A stretch of 64,000 nt of DNA from the human T2T-CHM13v2.0 reference genome, Homo sapiens. The stretch is taken from NCBI RefSeq assembly GCF_009914755.1, contig NC_060938.1; one strand, written 5' to 3'. The notes under the pieces were generated by a model. That model searched no databases and was not told the DNA's origin. It saw only the letters and a program-made list of their open reading frames with translations. This document shows, piece by piece, positions 57,117-64,000 of this stretch (its first letter is position 1; every line of letters starts with the position of its first letter). Made by a program: the position numbers and the translations under genes.

Positions 57117-58009
57117 TCACTGAAAGATATTGATTTTCACCAACTCCATTAATTATTTTTTGATGTGGAGATAAAAGATATAATCAGACACAATCCTGTA
57201 AAAATCAATTCACCTCCTTGGATATCATGATGATTTTAGTCACATATGCTCCTTTTGGATGGACATACCTATAAGGAAAGAAATTTTTTTAAATGCAGAA
57301 GTATATTAAATTTATTTGTTAAATAAACAACGAACATCTCCAGATAGCAGCAAACGGCAAGGAATTACATCCAGCTATAATTTAACCAGCCCGCCTTAGG
57401 ATTGCCGCTATTAGAGTTCAGTGGTGGTATAAACCATCTCTAGTGTATGCTTTTTCTATAGATGGTTTATTAGATGATTTACAATGAAATCGAACACATG
57501 ACTGTTCTTTAACCCCTCCAGGAACCTGATGAAATGCCTGGTCTAACAGGAGGATGCAGAGAAAGTTATGAAGAGAGGTAGGTGAGCTTCTGTGTTATTT
57601 ATTCTTGGTCCTGCAATATGGTCAGTGAAGCATCCTGAGCGCTCACCGTTTCCCAGTGCTATAAAGCAAATTGGATGGATGAGTGTGATTTAGAGGAGAA
57701 GGAAACTGCAGTTATCACTGCTTTACCTTGACCTCTGCCTGGAGACAAGGCTGAGAGGGTGACTACAAAATTAGAGCAACAACTAACATATGCTGGATAC
57801 ATATCCTGGGCCAGGATGATGCCAGGTATTTTACAGTCGGTCACTCCTCACAACAACCCTATGAGCAGCAGTCTCTTCCTTAAGATTTTGAGCGGGCCCA
57901 GTAATCACTACCCCTCTTCATCCCCTTAATTCTCAAAAAATTAAGATATAAGACAAAGGAGTAACAGATGAAGATGTTATAATATCACCTCTATTACTGA
58001 TAAAGTCTC

Positions 58010-58620
58010 CCTTACAGTGCTAGTGGGAGCATAAATCGATATAGCCATTTTGGAAAACTAAACCTGAATATATGCATTCTCTATGCCCCAGCAATTCCAC
58101 TCACAGAAATATACCCAGTAAAGTGTGTACGTATGCTCACCAAACGACATGTACTAGAATGCTCATAGTAGCACTATTTGTAAAACTGGAAAATACCCAT
58201 TTGCCTGGCAACAGTAGAAGGGATCAATAAATCTTGGTATACTCACACAATAGATTATTATATAGCAATAAGAATGATCAAACCGTAATTACAGGCAACA
58301 ATATAGATGAATATTGCAAATGTAACATACTGGCAAAAAAAACAGATGCAGAAGAGCATGAACTGTATGATTTCATTTATGCAAAGTACAAAAGTGGGAA
58401 AATGAATTGGGTTTTAGAAGTCAGTTCAAGATAGTTGTTGCCCTTGGGTGGGGACAGTGATTGAGAGGGAGGAGGCAGGAGACTTCTTGGGGACTAGCAC
58501 TATTATTTTTCTTGAAATGAGTACTAGTTACTTGGGTGTGTTTGGTTGTGAAAATTATAGAGCGATACACAAGCAGTAAGCATCTTTACCATATATATAG
58601 TTCTTCAATTAAAAAAATTT
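58010..58620 (+). mobile_element. L1ME-like 3' end
   Basis: agccattttggaaaac...ccagcaattccactc...actgtatgatttcatttatgcaaagtacaaaa. Confidence 0.8.
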
Positions 58621-58624
58621 TTAA

Positions 58625-59990
58625 ATCCTCTCTTGATCCCGTCTTCCCATCCAACTACCAGTATCTCTCCTCTTCCCTGTAAAGCAAATGTTTTTGAATG
58701 GAGTGTCTTTGCTCGCTGTGTCCAATGTCTGCATTCTCTCTTGAACCCAGTCCAGCAAACCTTTTGCCCTAGATTCTAAAAAGCTGCTCTTATAAAGATC
58801 AATGATGACTTGCATATGGCTAAACCCAATGCTCAGCTTGCCTCATTGTACTTACCAGCAGCATTCCATACAGAATATCACTCTCTGCATATTCTTTTGG
58901 TTTCTGTACACAGTATCCATCACTAGGTGAACTCATGGAGCCTCATGGCTTTAAATGCCCTGTCTGTACTGATGACTGTCTCATTTATATTTTCAGCCCA
59001 AATCTCTCCTTGGCACATCAGACTTGTGCATTCAATTGCCCACTCAACATCTCAAACATAATATATTCCAAACAGATGTCCTGATATCCTCCAAACCTGC
59101 CCTTCCCACATTCTCCTCCTTCTTATTAAGCTTCTCAGATCTACTCCATCCTTCCAGTTGTGTAGCCCCCAAACTTTGGAATAACCCTAAACTTCTCTTT
59201 TTTTTTCTCATACAATGCATCTAATCCATTAACCAGACCTGTTGATTCTACCTTCAAAATATATCCAGAATTTACCCACTTCTTGCTGCTTAGACTGCCA
59301 CCATCCTGGTCCAATCCACCTTCCTCTCTTGCCTGAATTATCTCAATAGCCTTCTAGATGCTTCTTCCCTGCCCCTCACTGCCCTGCCCCTTGCCTCTGC
59401 CCTTGCTGCCCCACAACCTATTTCCTACAAAGAGCGATCCCAGTAAACAATAATCCAAATTATGTCATTTGTCTGCTCCAGACCCTCCTGTTTTCCATCT
59501 CACTTAGATGAAAAGGCAATTCCAGGCTGTGAACTTCAAGACTCTGTATGATCTGACCTCACACTGGCTTTCAAACCTCATCTTGCACACTGCTTCCCCA
59601 GTGTGCTCTGCGTTAGCCGCATGGGGATTTTTATGGGTCCCTGGACACTCCGGGCATTTCCCTGGCTCAGGGCGTTTGCATTGGCTGTTTCTGCTTACTG
59701 GAGTTCTCTTTCCCTGCTATATACATGGTTTTCTCTCTCATTTCCTTCAGGTCTTTCTTTACTCAAATGACATCTTTTTTAAAAGAGGATTTCTATCTAA
59801 AATTTTATACACATATCTCTGTATCCCCCTTCTCGGCATTTTTTTTTCTCCTTGGCACTTATCACTCTCATGTGTGTGTTTGTTCATGTATTTATTGACT
59901 GAGTGATTTTTTTCTCTCCCAATAAGCTGCAAACTCTGTGAAGACAGGGATATTTTTCCCATTTTTGCCCCATCATGCTGCAAGCCCAAG
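58625..59990 (+). mobile_element. L2 (L2a-like) 3' region
   Basis: ctcatggctttaaatgcc...ttctaccttcaaaatatatccagaat...cagggcgtttgcattggctgtttctg...gctgcaaactctgtgaagacaggga. Confidence 0.85.
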
Positions 59991-61493
59991 GTACAATTAG
60001 AACACATCCAATTCACTGTCCATCTACCTGTGGCACTTCAACCATGACCACAAATCAAATCACTCTTCCTGTATCACATTCCCTGAGAGACTTTGTTTTC
60101 TCCCACAGGAAAGATTTGTTTATTTTTCTGATTCAATCAAATGTACCACTAGTTTCTGCAGGATTATTTGTACCTCTTTCAGGATCCTGAGGAATTTGCT
60201 CCTGGGCCATGAAGATGGGAAGCTGAGTCAGAGTGCAGTTCTTCACCCAATCCCACAGCCACACGTGCCTGCTTGCTCACGGGATCTTCCCACTCTCCTC
60301 GGGAAGGCTTCCGAGCTGCTTCCTCAGGATGTCCTGTGATAGCAGCCTGACCTGTCAAAGCCATGCGAATACCATCTGTTCAGTTATATAACTTGAGATC
60401 TGGGAAGAATTCTCAATGTAGGATTTGCTGCCCAAATCAAATCATTTTCAGAAAGGAGATTAAGCATTCTTTGCTGGGAAAAGGAGAAATTACCAGAAAA
60501 ATTATCATTTCACTGAGTATAAACAAACCTTTGTCCAAAATACACAAATGAAAATGACAAATTTGCTTCATTAATATTTGCTTGCATTAAAAATATACAC
60601 AGGGCTAGGTATGGTTCAATATCTTAAGTGCAAAGTAAAATCTTAATTAGGAACAATGGAATTGTTAATTTAATGAATCTTAATTTTGTTTAGATCATTA
60701 GCCTGCAGTATAATGTCCCAAGCAGAATTTGGGGTGGGGAGCTTGGTGGTGGAAGAGGAAGTGCTCATTTCTACAGACATGACAAGATTATTAACACTAA
60801 AGAATGACTTTTCTTTCATGGGAGGGGAAGATATCTGACCCACCAGCAGTCAGACAGAAACCCTGACTTGTGATTTTAACATTACCTTATATGACCCATG
60901 GTCACCTTGTATGACCAAAGAAAACCATTTATGAAATAGCTGTCCGGAGTTCAAGATTTAAATGGTAACTTTGTAGACTAGGTTTTCTCTCATCATCTAA
61001 TTTACTTGCCTTAACGCTTGTTTCTTTGCCCTTATTCCTACTGGCTCTCGAGTATAATATCCTGAGAATTTATGTTGAACAGCACTAATTTTTTCACTTG
61101 GAGCTAGCACATGTTTATGACTAGTACAAGTTTATAACTACAAAAAACAGAGATTTTTGTCATCTTAAACTGAATTTACTGGGAATAAAATCAGTCAATT
61201 CAGAAAAGTATAACAAAGGAAATAAAAATCACCACAACTCCTACTACCTGAAGATTAAATGGTTAAAATGGTTAAAGTGTTTTGTATATTCTTCTGTAAT
61301 TTTTACACCTACATGTTTTTTAAATAAAAATTAACCCTACCTATAAACCAAACAATATTATTTAACTAACAAGAGAAGAATAAATTATATTTTTTGATTG
61401 GCTGTATAGCAAAGAGAATCCTGCCATTCAGAAAAAAACAGGGTAAGACAAGGAAGGAAGCCAAATAGATGGACTGCAATGGAAGTTCACCCA

Positions 61494-61530
61494 GAATGAA
61501 TAAATGAATGAATGAATGAATGAATGAATG
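61494..61530 (+). repeat. (GAAT)n tetranucleotide repeat
   Basis: Read directly; typical of L2 tails. Confidence 0.9.
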
Positions 61531-61590
61531 GAGGAGCTATTTTACTGACTGTGGTCAGTCAGGGAACACCTATCAGAAAAAGCAGCATTT

Positions 61591-62035
<445 letters not shown>

Positions 62036-62346
62036 TCAGTGAATTGGCGGAACAGAACAGCACAGAGGACCCTGGAGCTAGCCCGGGATGAGGCAGCGGA
62101 GAACAGCAGGAGACGACATGGAGGGAGACAGGTTTTTCCTTTTCCAGTTTTCTTCAGTTCTTTTGATTGACTCAGGAGAAGAGTCTTAGTTTGATATTAG
62201 CACATACTTAACACTTCTGGTGTTCACTACTCTATTTTTCAACAAAAAGACAGCAGACTTTGGGATCACAGCCTTCTGAGAGGATGGTATTTAACTAAAA
62301 TATAATAACGTTGGTTTTTATTTTTTTTATTTTCACAATTACTATC

Positions 62347-62641
62347 TTTTCTTTTTTGATATAGGGTCTCACTCTGTTGCCCAGGCTGAGTGCAGTGACA
62401 CCATCACAGCTCACTGCAGCCTCTAACTCCTGGACTCAGGAGGTGGGATCCTCCCCCCGCAGCCCCTCAAGTAGCTGGGACTGTAGGCATGCAGCACCAC
62501 CTCCAGCTAATTTTTTACTTTTTGTAGAGATGGGGTCTTGCTATGTTGCCCAGGCTGGTCTCATACTTCCGGGCTCAAGCAATCCTCCCACCTTGGCTTC
62601 CCAAAGTGCTGGTATTACAGACATGAGCCACCGCACCCAGC
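62347..62641 (-). mobile_element. AluJ
   Basis: agggtctcactctg...cacagctcactgcagcctc...ttgctatgttgcccaggctgg. Confidence 0.93.
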
Positions 62642-63138
62642 ACACAAAATCCTCTCTGTTTATAGCAAGTTATGCTGGTTTCCTGTTTACAGGAGTGATA
62701 AAGTCTTTTTTAAAACAAATGTATTTAAGTTTCAAATTAAATCATCTTAAAGAAAAATATGACATAAGAAATGTCAAAAAGTGGTACATGATCAGAAGTG
62801 GCAAAAATCATAAAAGTAATTGGCAAGTGACTTAAGTTTGGGAAACACAGTTCTAATCCATCCCACCTATACCTGAACACCCTAAAGATGAATCCAAACC
62901 TATTAGAGACTTATTCCTGCTTTCTAAGATGATCACAACCTAGTTAATCTAGCTATAAATTAATCTGGATCACTAGTCAGTGATACTCCCACCTTCAAGT
63001 AAAATGGCTGCTTTTTGAGAGCTTTAATTCAGATTCTGTTCAGAAGAAATAACAGGTATCATTGTTAGTACAAGGACTGGTCATAGAGCTATATCCTGCC
63101 TGTTAACCACATAGATTCTGGCAGTGATTTCCCATTGA

Positions 63139-63500
<362 letters not shown>

Positions 63501-63716
63501 TAATTTGCCTGCCAGTTTGTTTTTTATATGATACTAATTGAAATGGAGGTCCTTCTTAAATGAACTTCTTTCACAAACAAAAACATTAGTTTTGGCAGTG
63601 ATGGCTTACAAGAGTGTGTTCTATAATACCTACTTTGCAGATGCAATTTGAATTCTTCAATATGAGTTATTTGGATTTCTTTTTTCTGAAATTCTTTCTA
63701 ATGAGATTTTTGTGGA

Positions 63717-64000
63717 TTTTTTTTTTTGAGACAGTGTCTCACTATTGCCTATGCTGGAGTGCAGTGGCACGATCACGGCTCACTGCAGCCTCAAATTCCT
63801 GGGCTCAAGCGATCCTCCTGCCTCAGCCTCCCGCCTCAGCCTCCTCCCTCAGTCTTCTGAGTAGCTGGGCCTACAGGTAAATGCCACCACCCAGCTAATC
63901 TTTTATTTTTTGTAGAGACAAAGTCTCACTATGTTACCCAGGCTGGTCTCAAACTCCTGAACTCAAGCAATCCTCCCATCTTGGCCTCCCAAAGTTCTAA
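63717..64000 (-). mobile_element. AluJ running off the window end
   Basis: gatcacggctcactgcagcctc...gggctcaagcgatcctcc; short internal cctcagcctcc repeats. Confidence 0.92.

Overview
Primate (human-like) non-coding DNA, intergenic or deep intronic. I find no supportable protein-coding exon, RNA gene or CpG-island promoter. The ORF track is explained by Alu, LINE and LTR sequence, microsatellites and chance. Roughly half or more of the window is interspersed repeat: 20 Alu copies or fragments, old L1M, L2 and MIR, MaLR/ERVL/ERV1 solo LTRs, and hAT and Tigger DNA transposons, with several nested insertions whose target-site duplications (TSDs) are readable. Repeat family names come from recalled consensus sequences, and the boundaries of old elements are approximate; both need RepeatMasker/Dfam confirmation. 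I do not see a new multi-gene system. The most unusual signals are local sequence-copying scars: (1) a ~180-bp insertion at 17142-17323 built from several nearby templates, (2) a perfect 28-bp inverted repeat at 50372-50453, (3) a nascent 30-bp minisatellite at an Alu 3' junction at 56703-56875, and (4) a MER53 with a duplicated arm plus smaller fold-backs in Alus. Three apparently repeat-free, motif- or CpG-enriched islands are candidate enhancers.
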